A stretch of 64,000 bases of DNA from Tubiluchus corallicola (lineage: Eukaryota > Animalia > Priapulida), in assembly GCA_030141605.1 (NCBI GenBank), contig JAQGDQ010000540.1, forward strand, positions 1 to 64,000. The letters are read 5' to 3'. The notes beneath the pieces were generated by a model. It was not told the origin of the DNA, did not search any database, and saw only the letters and a program-made list of their open reading frames with translations. This document shows, one piece after another, positions 1 to 14,100 of this stretch. Every line of letters begins with the position of its first letter. Within the stretch, counting starts at the first letter, position 1. The translations under genes were made by a program, and so were the position numbers.

Positions 1-1363
1 TATGTAGCTTATTATTAGTAGCTTATTATTTCTTAATTAATTAAACTAATTAAAGTAATTAAACTAAATACTAAAATAGTCAAAATTTTACAAACTATAA
101 CTGCAGATTCTTGTATCACCGCTGACCAAACTTCGCACGCATTGCTAATTTTGTAAAATTTTGAGATTAACTTAACTAACTATTAATAAGTTTTAATGTT
201 AGTAGCCTATATTATGTGATGGTGGGGCTTCTTAAGCCATCGGGTGAAATGACCATAAAATTTGGTGTCAAAAGATTTGGTGACAAATTTAGAGAAACAC
301 GTTCATGGCTGAAGGCGCTCCACTTTTCTGATTTTACCCTCTTCTGCCAACTACAGGCCTTACTTATTATGCTTTATAATAATTACCTAACATAATACTA
401 TTAATTAGTGATACTAGTTAAATGGGTATTAGTTAATTATGGTACTAAGTACATACTAAAAGCAGGCAGCAGCTTGAAAACGAAGTAAGTCTGTTTATAA
501 AAAAATAACGAAATTCAAGCTAAAGAATCAGCTCTTGGATCTCTTTGCAATATTTGATAGATGGAATTAAATTTATTTACAATAATTACATTGACGGTTG
601 ACCGTCAAAGGAAGGCACGTATTTGTAATCTAACTGTTTCCAAAATTTCACTGAAATTGAGAGGTTTCACTTGCTCAAAGAGAATAGGCGAAATTCCAAG
701 AGAATTTTCTAAACCTGCGTTTTTTTCGAACTTTAACTATACGATCACGTTTATACATTATGGATGTTCATAAAATTATTTTGTGATAAGTTAAACTCCT
801 TACAGCATCATCAAGTTTTATTCACTTTACTGGAATACCATGATTTCTCTGTGAAAATTTTTGCAAGTCAGAGATTCATCGTGCCAAAAAATCTACTGCA
901 AAAAGCTGCTAATTAATAGTTCCGTGATTAAGCTTTAAGAAAATAAATTTTAGGCGACTGAGATAGTAATACACAAGTAAATTGAAGCCTGTGTAAAAAG
1001 CGTAGATTTGAATATCTAAGGCCGACTTGAGATCGTGGACTCACGAGCAATATTGAATGATTGTAGCTGGCTCGGAATCTAGCTAATACCAAGGATAATG
1101 TTTCGAAGTGAAACTAAACTACCAGATACTACCACAAAGGATACAAACGGTTTGAAAGATAAGTAGTAAGAACAATAACAGACACTTGAATTTTGACAAG
1201 AAATTTTCGTATTTGTGCCATCTTGTATTATATTTCGATTAAAAGTATTAAAATTCAGTTTAATTGCTCAAGTATTAGCACTTTTCGTGCTAATTCTTTC
1301 TTACTTCCCACCTTTTAATTTCCTTTTTGGTATATATTTTAACAGAAAATTAATAATATTTAC

Positions 1364-2440
1364 ATGACCTTAACAGATTGAATGTCTTTGTTCCAAGGTG
1401 GAAGAAACTTTGCTGCTGCCATGACTTTGGTGTGTCGTTGTAGTTGCTGCTGCTGGCGCTGTTGCCTTGTGTCATCACGATTGATTTGAATCTAAAATAA
1501 TTACAAAGTTGAATATTAGTAGAAAATAAGTGCTGAGCAAATTACTAACACAAATAAAATTAATCGCTTTCTAAGTATTTGAGGATCTCGAACACGTGGA
1601 AATACCTTGGTAAGTGATTACCAAACTCAGCGTAACTACAATATGCAAGAACTGCTATAGGACAATTTGCTATAATACAATAGCCACCATTACAGCCAAT
1701 AGTAAAAACGAGGTTGTCTTTTTTTACACATATTAAAGTTTGTTTTCAAAAGAAAATGCCGGCGCATTGGCTGTGGTCGACAAAAACTGCTGAAGGCAAA
1801 TAACTGAAGAAAGAAAAAAGGCAGACAAAATGAATTAGGAGCAATGATAAGGAAGAGAGAATAATATCAATACTGATAACAATAATCATGACTGTCAAAA
1901 TCACTAAAGCAAACATAACTTCATCCAGGTAATATTAGGATTATAAACGTGTATTTTTTAAGGCCTTTCGTAAAGATGCCATGAGGCATGCTGGGAAACT
2001 GCTGGATATTCTCATACATGATCCTACATTTGTTGAAAAATAATGTGAAAGAGCCCTAACATTTGCACGTATAACTGAACCGTTACAAAACTAGAGATAC
2101 CTGGCACATTTTCTCAACGCGAAGACATCAGAAACTTAAATTATTATCATCACATATAATAAGCGCACCGTATGATGTCACACTTACCTCGTCACTCGAG
2201 GTTGTGGAGTGGTGTCTAGTGCTCTTGCTCCGAGGAGAAACTTTACGTTAGTTAGTGCCGACGTCGCCCTTCAATCCTGCTTTCGCGCCATATGCCACCT
2301 ACTAGGACCTGCTTCCCATCTACGACCGTAGCTGTGCAGTTGATGACTCTTCGACAGGAAAGAAACGTTAATATTAATATGCAAACGTGTTTAAAAACTC
2401 TTCAGCTAAATTGCCTAAATTATAACATATTTCAACTTCG
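1364..2440 (-). other. Tentative 5' exons of an unidentified minus-strand gene running off the left edge
   Basis: GC-richer block about 2188-2440 ends in a consensus donor GAG|GTAAGT. A second GC-richer block 1364/1368-1491 starts after TTATTTTAG| and has two open frames containing ATG (MTQGNSASSS.. or MAAAKFLPPW..). No recognisable domain. Confidence 0.35.
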
Positions 2441-2984
2441 AAGCAGAGAAAATAAATCAAAAAATTTAATGTGAACAGACATTTTGCAAGGAAAACGACT
2501 TAAATAGTATTTTACTGTGAAGCCAAGTCTTCATGTAAAAACCTTGCTTGTCTTCGTTCTAGTTCTTGTGAAAAGCCAAATTGTAATATGATGCCTCAGA
2601 AATTCTAGGTAACTAAACAATTAAAATTGTAAGAAATAAAGATTTGTGTGTTTAGTTACATATAAACTAGACTTTTTACATGAACTCACATTTGGTGTAC
2701 CGTTCGTTTACTGGACAATGTCAGCCGAACACGTTTCCCTAGAATTTCAGGATGTGCTACTTCCGCTTTCTGTTACTTGGAATTTACCGACAATGAATAA
2801 CAAATTCGATATTTCGCCGTCCATTGTAAAACTGGAATGGCACCCTAAAACGAAAATTAAATAAATACGATTTATTGATAAATTGCACAATTTGAACAAT
2901 TAATTAATTAATCTTCTATAAATTAGTTCCCACCGAATATTAAACAACTGATACGCTTTATAATTTATTATGGCGACGTAACAA

Positions 2985-3214
2985 TTATACGGTGGTTTTA
3001 TCTGTGGTTTAGTAGTGATACACAAATTTTCTATAATTTACTAGGACGCTGTAAAGTATTAAAAGAGAATCGACCACAACACGTAATTTCAAGTTTAAGT
3101 TATACGGTGGTTTTACCTGTGGTTTAGTAGTGATACACAAATTTTCTATAATTTACTAGGACGCTGCAAAGTTTTAAAAGAGAATCGACCACAACACGTA
3201 ATTTCAAGTTTAAG
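2985..3214. repeat. Tandem duplication, 2 x 115 bp
   Basis: TTATACGGTGGTTTTA..TTCAAGTTTAAG at 2985-3099 and 3100-3214, about 3 mismatches. Confidence 0.95.
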
Positions 3215-3564
3215 GTCGAATTAATTTAAATTCGTTTTATATTACTTAGCCAGTATAGCTCTAAATCCTGAAATTAAAAAAAACAGACATCTGTATTCCG
3301 GTACAAGTTGTAAGCTATATAGAGCCTAATTTTTATGACATGCACTTCTAGTCTAAAGCTGTGCTGTCCACGGGAATATAGCACTGCAAAAAAGTAACAA
3401 AAAGGCTGTATTTCGTAAAACAATAAGAAAAAACAAAATTATGCAAGCGCTTTTATTATTATATTTGCTGCCTAATTTGATTAGGTAAAAGCTAACCTCA
3501 AATAATAAAACAACGAGAAAAATTCAATGAAACAAATAAAATATGATTAACATGGTTAACAAAT

Positions 3565-4622
3565 ACATTTTTCCCAGAAAAGTTCTTTTGCCAGAAAATC
3601 CCCCCTCCCCGACAAAAAATTTCACAGAAAACATAAATCACGTAATCACAAAGCAAGAAAGTAGATTTGTAACATCAGTACGATTAGGTAGCGAATCATG
3701 TTGATCTTTGCATATACGCAATACTGAATAATCATAATGTGTGATCTGCTCGTAAAATTAAGCAATGCCAAGCCTGGCAAATGATTTGTTGGGAGACCGC
3801 TTAGGAATATTACTTTTGAGCATGCAGTTACTTTTACTGTGATTCCGTTTTATTTCGTTTATTTCTTGATGTTTAGAGAAGATGTACATGCATCCGAATA
3901 TGAATGTAATATCGCTGCCTGTTCAGTGTTTCATCTCAGAGGATCTTGATAATGAACTAGAATTCGGTCCTGCCATAAAAGAACCTGTAAAAACTCTTCC
4001 GAAGGAGCTTAACTTATTTGCCAAATGTTGACCCAATATATTAACAAATCTCTGTGGTTCGCAAAGCCTTGGTGTTTTCATTTTTATCATTATTATTTAT
4101 TAAAATGTATTTCAAAACCTATGAAAATCAATTGAATTTGAAGTGATACATGACGGAAAGTAATTTCATCCTAAAAACAAGTTTAAATTGTAGCAACGAA
4201 GTTTCAAAGCAAAATATTTTTCCAAAACAACCTTAAGAAAGCAAGGTTGACACCTAAAACATCGCGTCATCTTAAATGATTCTGATTTTTTATAGTCAGT
4301 AGTCAAAGCGCTGTCGATAATGGAGGAGAGTAAAAGAGAAAGAACGAAAGGTATAGAGGGGGCGAGAGAGAAGGGGGAAAGAAGAAAGAGGATAGGGTGG
4401 GAAGAAGGGGAAGGAGAGAGAAAGAGAGAGAGGGGGAGGAGTAAGGGGTAAGAGAGTGAAGGAAGGGAGGGAGGTAAAGAGGGAGGAGCAAACAAAGAAA
4501 GAGAAATCGAAGGTGTTTTCCTAACAATTGAAAACTGGTTGAGACTTTTCTGTCAAAAAATCTTTCTGGGAAATGTTTTTTCTGGGAAGTTATTTTTCTG
4601 TGAAATGGTTTTTATGTGAAAA
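3565..4622. mobile_element. Non-autonomous DNA transposon with inverted subterminal arrays of TTCCCAGAAAA-type motifs and an internal polypurine tract
   Basis: Left TTCCCAGAAAA/TTGCCAGAAAA/TTCACAGAAAA; right end has the complements (TTTCTGGGAA, TTTTCTGTGAAA); internal segments homologous to 52055-52995. Confidence 0.65.
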
Positions 4623-6029
4623 AAAGCCAAATAAATATGGTTATACACAGTTGATTCTCACCAAGTGCACAAAATATGTCATACGAAGTAGAAATTACAG
4701 ATATCATTTTGATATTACCAAATTCAACAATTCATTAAATTCATTGTGGACCTTTTTTGACAAAATGTTGGCTAATGTTTTGTCAAAACAGCGAGATCCT
4801 CGAGAGATTTGAACAGATTTTTTTCCAGTTTTGATGCATTTATAGAAACTGTGTCTTTACAACTCTATGAGCACGACATCTTTGTAAAGCATACATAGGC
4901 CTATAAATTACTGACGTACGTATTCTATATCCAAACATGTGAAATTATACTATAAATTGAAACTAAAATTTTGTTTTATCAAAGGAAGCAGCCGCACAGT
5001 AAAACATGAGGCAAAAGGACTCTGCCCAAGTTATAAAGAGAAATTATTTAACTATTAAAAGCTTCGTAAAAAAGTTAAGCAGTAATTGAGCATGTATAAA
5101 GGGGGATACAGAAGAAATGTAGCGAAATTTAGACTACAATAATACTAGAAGCAAGTGAAAATTTCACAGCGTACATGGTATTACATTAAAAATTGGTATT
5201 GCATTAAAAATTGCCTGAAAACTAAAACACTAAATTAAAGAACGAAAACACGTATCGAAAACCCATTATTAGTATATAAGTTATGTTTCCTTAAAAATGC
5301 TGCAGTATTTTTGTTAAATTATTGACAAAGTGCTGTAATAATAATGTGCAATACAAAAATTATGTATTGTAATGCTAAATGGATTAATAAAAATATAAAT
5401 AAAAAATAATTAATAATTAAGTTACAGCCTAAAAGATTCCGCATTTTAAAAATTTAAATGCCGGAATAATGTCAGTTAATCATCAAGTGAAAAATCATTT
5501 TCGCGTTGACATACAATACATAATAGCAAAACAATAAGAAATCAACCAATTTACATCACAGTCTTCACCTCATAAAATAAATAATTGGTAAAAATTCATT
5601 GTCAAGAAAAATGGGACTTAATTCTTGTGACTACAGTATCTGGAATTTCTTAAAGAAGACAGGATGATTTTTCATATACAACCCCATTTTCAAATCCGAT
5701 AAAAAGTATACACAATTAATACATATTTTACACATTTAACACAATGAATGCTGCAAAAGCATTTCTGATGAAAGTGTTGACAGAGCTGTTTGATGCGGAG
5801 GAACGAATATAAAACTTATTGAGTACTGGGACCAAAATTGCCAAGTACCCTTAAAGAAGTAAGAAACTTATCAGCTGTTGATGAAAGGGCACTGTAGCTT
5901 CAGTATCAAACCGAGAAAGCTTTTTTGACTAGCTTGTTTTGAAAATAGCGGACAGGTACAGGACCTGCTGTAAATTTTAACAATAGCGACAAACGAAATT
6001 CTTTCTGGCATTTACTTTTTTGAATTGCT

Positions 6030-6193
6030 AATTTAAAACTTCTGTATCTTTGAAAAATTCTAAGAGAACGACCTAAAATTTCTGATGTTTACACATAATC
6101 GTTCGCAACATCAGCAGGGTGATTTCAAGCGATTTCGTTTTTTCTTTTTGTACTATCGTTATCAAAACTGCGGCATCTATTTTGGCCAAATGA
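6030..6193 (+). mobile_element. Partial copy of the Tc1/mariner-type MITE at 54029-54413
   Basis: AAAACTTCTGTATCTTTGAAAAA..GACCTAAAATTT..TTTACACATAATCG..AACTGCGGCA aligns with 54255-54410. Confidence 0.7.
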
Positions 6194-7334
6194 TTCCTGC
6201 ATTATACCTGCATTAGCAGTATAACCCACGCTTTTGAACTTCCGCACCTTGTTTTAAACCTACAGGTGTTAAACGTAAAAATTATCAAAACCCTGACCCA
6301 AAATATCCCTCAAATAAGTATAATAATGTTACAGAGGCACCCGTGTCGGGTCAGGTGTAGGGCACTCTACACGCCCTGCTTCCACGCCAGCAGCGACTCA
6401 CCCCTTTCTTGAAGGTCCAAACGTCTTGTTTACATTTGTAATTAAGTATCGGTTACACAACGATTATAAAATGGAACTTCATGATGCGCAATATCAAGAC
6501 CGCCATGCCGTCTTGGAGTTCGACCCCCTGGGTCGAATTCAGTCCAATATTAACTCTGGCGCAAAAAAACTAGCCTAAAAATTAGCAACAGCGAAATTGT
6601 AATAGCGCCGAGAACAACTACATTTTTAAATATTAAACGAAATCTTCAAAGCAAAAAAAGTTGAAAAAATCACCAAAATCATAGATAGCCCTTTGTGTAT
6701 AAAAATGCACAGCTTATGCATTACCAATGATATATAAAGTGTATTATCAGTCAACATCTGAAGATAACAATGATATAACGTATATTTATCTTTTTTTCCA
6801 ACGTATAATATAAACTCAATAACCCAAAACTGCATATCAGAATTAAGCGCTTGCGTCTGCCACATTGCACCTACCAAAATTATTTTCTCTGCTGTAAGTA
6901 ATAAAATATAAAGTGAACTCACGTTTACTCAGGTTGCACTTGTTTACTCAAATGTTGGCATTTGGTCACGAACTGCTAACGTTGTGATAATGGTAGTAAA
7001 TTGAAGATAACATTCGCGTGCTATAGGCTTTTATAGTGGGAATGGCTTCGGACCAGTCCATTTCAAACAAACAAAAACTTGGCGTCGTTGCCCATGTTCA
7101 GGTTCGTTGCAAAATTTGTGTACTAGAGTATTCCATGCAGTTTCTTATGCTCGGTATACTTGTATAGTAAGGCTGGGACCAGTCCTTCAGTACCTAAAGT
7201 ATTAAGTAACAACCAGCTGTAATTACACAGCTATAATACAGTGTCATGTGTTTTCTACTTTTATAACGGGGTTCGTTTTTCGTTCTGTCTTTTCTTTCTT
7301 CTCCCCTCTCTCTCTCTCTCTCACTCACCCTTTC

Positions 7335-7335
<1 letters not shown>

Positions 7336-7382
<47 letters not shown>
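7336..7382. repeat. (TAA)n microsatellite
   Basis: about 15 perfect units. Confidence 0.97.
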
Positions 7383-7980
7383 TGTCCATTTGTTGCAAAG
7401 AAGGCATGAAACACGTTAGCCTTTTGTCTCATCTTAATTGGTGTTTACCAGTGACAGATTTCGAAATATGGGCCCTCATCAGTGCAATCAAAACTTCATG
7501 TACATTGCCGTCCTTATAAAACCAAAGTTTGCTATGTACTATCCCGTGGATGCGATGTCTTTGTTGTTGCGGTAATACTTTGGCTCCAAAGGACTGCTGT
7601 TTTTTGTCTAATGTTAATTAGCGAGGAAAGGCCAGTTAAAAATGAAACTTGGTTCTCACAGGTCACATCATTCTCATCAAGATACTACTGCCAAGCTGTT
7701 TTGTTAAACCTAATAACGTTAAGCTTAACATTTTTTATACATCTTAAAATTTTAGATTTAAATTTTTAATTTTTTTAATCTATAGTAGCACCGAATTTTC
7801 GATGCATAAAAACAGTATTTACGCCTAGTGAGTAGAAGGATACTGAAAAATAGATAATGTAGAAATTTGCAGATTAACTTCTGCAAATTACTGGCGTAAA
7901 TATCTCAACTCAACCACAAAGCACAATGTATCTCACAGGATGTTTCGGTTGTCATTTGCCTGGTCTGTTAACTTTTATTT

Positions 7981-8118
7981 GGCGGTCCTTGTCTTTCAGG
8001 TGAATCTTTGACCGGTGGTCCTTTGTCTTTCAGGTGAATCTTTGACAGGTGGTCCTTTGTCTGGTGTTCTTTGGCCTGTTGGTCTGCAGTGGTTTCTTGA
8101 CCAGTGGTCCTTTGTCTG
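7981..8118. repeat. About 34-bp imperfect tandem repeat, probably the 5' UTR of the adjacent LINE
   Basis: GGTGGTCCTTTGTCT(TTTCAGGTGAATCTTTGAC) recurs about 4 times. Confidence 0.8.
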
Positions 8119-8129
8119 AGACCATTAAG

Positions 8130-10980
8130 CTGATTTTTATGATATTATCGATGGTATGAAAACTCTTGATTTATCAAGCGATACAGACAAATTGCTTCTT
8201 GCTATTAGAGGCCTTCAACCTGTACCAAAATATGGCCCGCAAGAAGTAAACGAGTTACATTATTGATACGATGGCCAGACTGGAAATTGAAGTTTTAGGG
8301 TACACTGGAAACAATGTAAAAAATAGGGAATTAATCACAGCTATGCAGTCTAAATTAAACTACAGCAAGTATGAACTGTCTTCACGCGAAACGTATGCTA
8401 CTGTAGCAAATTTAAGTGTTAATGAAGAAAAAACTACGTAATGAAAATGGGAGTCGAAAGATACAAAGCAGGCACACGCGTAATGCTAATAAGGACGAAC
8501 TGGCCAAGTCAAATAGCCCTCAGGCGAAATATTCCGGACTAACGGACATGCCAGTCAAGGTACAAGCAAAACAGACGCTGACGGTTTCGCTGTACCAAAA
8601 TATCACCAACGAAAAAAGAACGCTAACCTAAAATTAGAAAAACTGTAATGGCCAAAAATCGCAGTAGCACAATAAGGGAGCTCACCGGACAAGGGTCATT
8701 TTTTGTGCTCCAAGTTTGGTTTGACACAAGAGACTTAAACGAATTTTAACCTCTCAGCCTCTCAGTAGGTAAATGTGTTTGATTGCCAGAAATGTCGCAT
8801 AAACTGAAGTCATATAGTCACCATATGTATAATGTGTTTGTTTGGTTGTTTTTGTTTCTTATAGCAATTATCCTACTACGTAAAAACTACTTAAGAGATT
8901 TCCACGAAACTTTATGGAGAAGTGGAGTATAGGGTGCCAAAATAGACGTTTTTTGTCTGTTCTTTTTTCGCAAAACTTGTCTCAACACCACGTACAAAAA
9001 ATATTAATGAGGCATTTCGTGGCGGTCTCAGAGGGAGTGTCTAGTACTTGCTTGGAAAACTATCGGAAAACTTGGAAAAGTACGCTGTCTGTAGACTTTG
9101 CTTATTAATTATTAATTTGTATAGCGGATAGCCCTATAAGCTGACTTGGTATGCAAATACGTATGTCTGTCTGTTACCATCACCAAAATTAATGGTTAAA
9201 GAAAGGTAAATAAACACTCGTGGAATTATTGTGGAATATTCGTAAATTATTGGTTATAATTAAAATATTTTAAGTATTTTGTTATTCTATATAATACCCA
9301 TGCACGCGCATTTTTGTATGTTTGTTTCTTTATCTTTGTTTTGCGTTCTTTTAATCGAAAGAATCAGACAAATAAATTTAGGATTGTTCGGCTTTGGCAA
9401 AGATCTAGTTCCTACTGAGTTCATTCCAGTTTTATTATAGAAATCAACGGCATCAAAATAACATCTGTGCTATTTTTCCTACTTTTGTTTGTGCCATTTT
9501 TACCGTGCTTTTTTTCTGTGCCATTTTTACCTACTTTCTGTTTGTGTCGTTTTTTTTCGTGTGCCAGTTTTGCTGTGTCATTTTTGTTTTGCACCCAAAT
9601 CAGTACCTCGTAAATGCTACCCCCGCAAACTAAGAATTTCCAGTTACAATAGCTTAAAACACTGGCAATTTGAAAACTAATTTGAGAAGTTTTATGCTAC
9701 GTCCAATGAAGTCTGGGTGCCCAACAGTATCAGGGATTAAAAGTCGAGAAATCATGTACTGAAGGCCTTATGGCGGTGTCGCCATCTTCCTGCGAAAATC
9801 TCTAGGTGAATCAATTTTCCATATTGAATGCAACTCTGATAGACTTGTAGCCATTAAAATGAAAATAAAAATTTTGAGATGCTCTTAATGAACGTTCACA
9901 AGCCTTGTGATTCAGGCACCATGAACCCTGATTATATAACTGAGTTACTAAAGTGCTTGATGATGTTCATTCCAAAGTTTAAGAGAGTTTATACGCATAC
10001 CATTACACTTTGAACAGCTGAACAGCTAAGAAGCTTGAAGCTACACGCGAATTGTTAAGGCCTCAAAGAACTTCTTTGGTCTGTTCTTCTTGTGTGCAAT
10101 GTATTACAATTACTTACATGTATTACAAATAAGAACTGCATTGAAATAATTTTAGGAGGCGATTGAATACAAATTTCGGTAAAGTCACGGTGCAAAGTGT
10201 AAATTTATCTACGTTTATGGCAGCAAATGGACTAATAAATGCTAAAGATATTTTCCCAGCATGCATTGGTTACACGCATATGAACTCAGCTACCCTGAAC
10301 ACTAGTTGTAGAGACCATTTTCTTATAACAAGCGTTTAAATTGACATTATCGAGGCTGCTTCAGTTAGTCATAATGGAGACAAACTATCCAACCATTCTC
10401 ATGCGAACATGCTTTTGGATGTACAAACGTGTAAATCACTACTGTACTTAGTAAGAGTTTTTAATGCAAGCCCACATGGCACAAGCCCACGCTGCACACG
10501 TACATATTTATATTAATATTTCATTCCAATAAAACATACACAAAATGTACAGTAAATAATTGTACATGTTCAGTCTTTGGACTGATGTTTTACAATAGTA
10601 TCAGATTGTTAGTAAATACATGATTAGAAACATCGATGAAGCGATATTAGTAAACAAAAGAATACTTAAAAAAGTTAAAAATTTTCAGAAATTTTAACAC
10701 AAAATTAAAAATAGTTTTAACTTAAGTGATACCGATGTGAACATTTCAAAACACTTTAATGACATTGTTAATTGCTGTCTATAGGCAAGTGACTTTGGTA
10801 TCCCTCGTTAACACAATAAGAGAAACATAGCTGGCTGGAATGACTATATGAAACCATCAAAAGATGTTGTAGAGGCTGGAGGTCAATTTTTCAAATCATG
10901 TGCAACTAGGATGAAATATCGCTACATCATACTCTACATTTTACCCATCATGAGAACAAAATTACAAAGAGCGCCAACTA
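8130..10980 (+). mobile_element. Decayed non-LTR retrotransposon (CR1/L2/Daphne-like): ORF1 remnant plus APE endonuclease part of ORF2, interrupted at about 8830-9600
   Basis: Translated remnants with stops and frameshifts: DIIDGMKTLD..PKYGPQEVN (8140-8250); KLRISSYN (9630); RPYGGVAIFLRK..NSDRLVAIK..NVHKPCD (9760-9910); IILGGD.NT (10145); RDHFLI; LSNH; AGWNDYMK (10830); TRMKYRY. Confidence 0.8.
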
Positions 10981-11021
10981 AAAGACTGAAACCGAAAAGC
11001 GACAGTTCTGCAGCAAAACTT

Positions 11022-11195
<174 letters not shown>

Positions 11196-14100
11196 CACTC
11201 TCTTCTCCCTCCCTCAAGAGGGAGAAATGAATATATAATTATACATGTCTGCTGAATGCTGATGTTTATTATGCTAAGAGTACAGCTTCATTACTTACAT
11301 GTGTGTTGAATGTTTGTAATAATGTTTTAATTGGCCGGGTGGTCAAGTAACGACATTTGCTTTACATCCTGCAGGTGTGGTCAGTATAACTTTCAGTTTT
11401 CACTAACTCCCCACTCCCCAGTTGAACAAGAAGACCAATTTCGTATTACTATCGGGAATTGTAGCAATTTTACTTCTTGAGATAAAGACCGGAATTTCAC
11501 AGTGTTTAGGGTGGATCAAGCAACTTGTAAGCAGTCCGTGTATAAACTGTCACTAACAATCAATACTACTAAAGACAGATTAAAAAAATACCAATACAAC
11601 AAAGTAATAGAAAAAGTGTCGAGTGCTTAAGCTATCCAATTTTCCCGATAGAAAACAAAGCTTTGCAAGAGAATTAGTGGTGAAGCCAGACAGTAGCTTT
11701 GCAAGACAGTAGTGGCAAAAAATCGTTATTTACGCGTGTCTAAGCTGTCATAAAAGCCTAAACACTTTCACGACGAATCGTCAGGCACGCCTCGTAGTCT
11801 AAATGGGCTTATTATTAAAAATTTCTTGATTTCTGGATCCAGTTTTACTTGAATATTCGCATGAAATGGTTTCGCTGGCCTGTGGTGCTTTAGCGGAATC
11901 TCGCGAATTCGCAAACTTACAATCTGACAAATCCAGCCGATTTCTTAGCTATTGTTTGCAGATCCGGCTTCGATTTTGAAATATTAAGTTTTCTGAATCC
12001 TTATTCGACTTTTTCTAATTCGCAAACAAAAAAACTTACATGACTAGCTAGTCAGTAATCGGCTTCGCGCGCTAAAACCTCACAGACACTAATCGAACTA
12101 AATCAACGTCTCAGTTTTAGAAATTTTTGTTGTTGTTTTTTGAGCGGGGGGGGGGGGGGGTCCACGCGGAGTTGCAGGCCTAGTTATTGTATGCAGTTGC
12201 GATTTAGCGCAGTCGCGGCGCATTATTTTGTGGACCCAAAATAACTGCGCTCGAGATTCTGTTGTGAGCTCGCCACTACATCAACCCAGCAAATTAAAAC
12301 AGAGTTTTGTAATTGCTGAAAAACGCTAATGGTTGACACGTTTGAATGACTGTTTTAATGAAGCCTTGTCTATCTAATGCTTATAATTTCTTTACGCAAT
12401 ATTCACATTAAAATCCCATATTTAAAGTTAGTTTGTTTATATATCATAGCTTTTATTTGCATTGCTTGCATGACTTTATATGCGTCACTAGTACGAAGCA
12501 ACGCTTATAGATGTTTCAATAATAACTACTGCAGCAATTTTCCCAGCAACGTTTAGTCTAACTAAGCGTTGAAATCTCCATCTGCGAAATTAATTCTCAT
12601 CTCTTCCCAGGCCTAATAAAAATTACTAAGCTTCCAGTTAACTGTTATAAACATTCAAACAAACCCAAGTTGTAAAAGTTCATCTGGCGTAAACAGAACT
12701 CGCGCATTGCACACTGCACAGCTAGCTGGGCTTGCTCTACTTTTGTGTTTTTAAGAGCTTTGCAAGGGAAACCAAAACACGTTGAAAAAAGGAGGGGAGG
12801 GGCAAAAGTATACTTTAGGATTGTAACGTATCCGCCCTCCTCCAGGTTGCCAAGTTATATCAGTTTTAATAAAAGAAAATCGACTTCTGAACGATGATCT
12901 TTTAGTGACCTTTCTAATTAAGCACCACCGGTGTTTCATAGTGTCTTTTTTGTATGAAATTCACATATGGCTTCATATGCTTGGCCTGCATTACTTCTTT
13001 AATTAAACTCTATCAACTTAGAATTTACTGCGTACAGCATATTTCTATTTTGATAGTTATTAGAATTATTATTTCGTTATATGTATCTGAGTAATCTGTG
13101 TAGATTTATTAAATAGTTTTGTTTTTTATCGCATTTTAGAGGATCAGACTTAATCGTAGCCTGGCAGTTGTAATTAAATGATCCCGTTTCATTTCACATT
13201 ATGTTCACTGATTATTGCGGACTTGGTAAACGAAGCCTATTAAAAGGTACAAAGGTAGCAAATGAAAATTTCACAATGATATCTAGTAGTAGCAGATCAA
13301 GTGAAAAATATGACATTGGTTCAGTGCCTCTTGCATATTACGCCTTTATAATGCCATAATCAAGCAGCGCACTCTTACATGTGGAACTTCCTTCTTGTTA
13401 AGGAATGTTGTTGCCTGCGTTGCATCATTGTCCAATAGCAGTCTGCATACAGAGCCTGTAGCGCCATCTTACTAAAATAAAATTGAAATAATAGGCTCAA
13501 AGGTGTTTTTAACGCAGCGGTATCTTTGGTAAATGATGTACATCAATATTTTCTCTTTGTATTTTATAATTAGATTAATGTCTTCAAGTACATGCAATAC
13601 ACTGTGCACAAAAGGAAGAGAAGGAAGAAGTTCTTTAAGGCCATAACAATTCGCATGTGGCTTCAAGCTTCTCAGCTGTTCAAAATGTAACGATATGCGT
13701 ATAAACTCTCTTAAACTTTGGTACCACCTTGCTAGACCAGGCAAGCAGATTCGTTTACAATACTGTTCTATGAATCGCGTATCCTCTTACAAGAAACCTC
13801 TAAGGGGAGGGAATTTCGTCGTGGTTCTGAGAGACTATAGAGGAATCGCGAGTTGGTGTGGTATCGGTGGTTTTATCGTGCGGAATTACTCAATGTGAAA
13901 TTAGAACAGGAAGAGGAAATAATAGTGTCACTCCACCTGAAATATATTCTTCGATGCTTGATTTTTATTGTAACTTGAAGTGTCAAGTACGTTGTACTTT
14001 TAACTAAAGTCAAATTCCGGGTACTAAAACGAGTTAATCGTTTTGACGACGTTCCGAAGGGGATTTCAAATAGTAATATTAGAAACAACCAGAATTTAAC

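Noticed and set aside
4166-4527. L/S/P-rich minus-strand ORFs
   Set aside because: Read through a polypurine tract inside a repeat element.
6510-6540. GGAGTTCGACCCC B-box-like motif
   Set aside because: No matching A-box or cloverleaf found.
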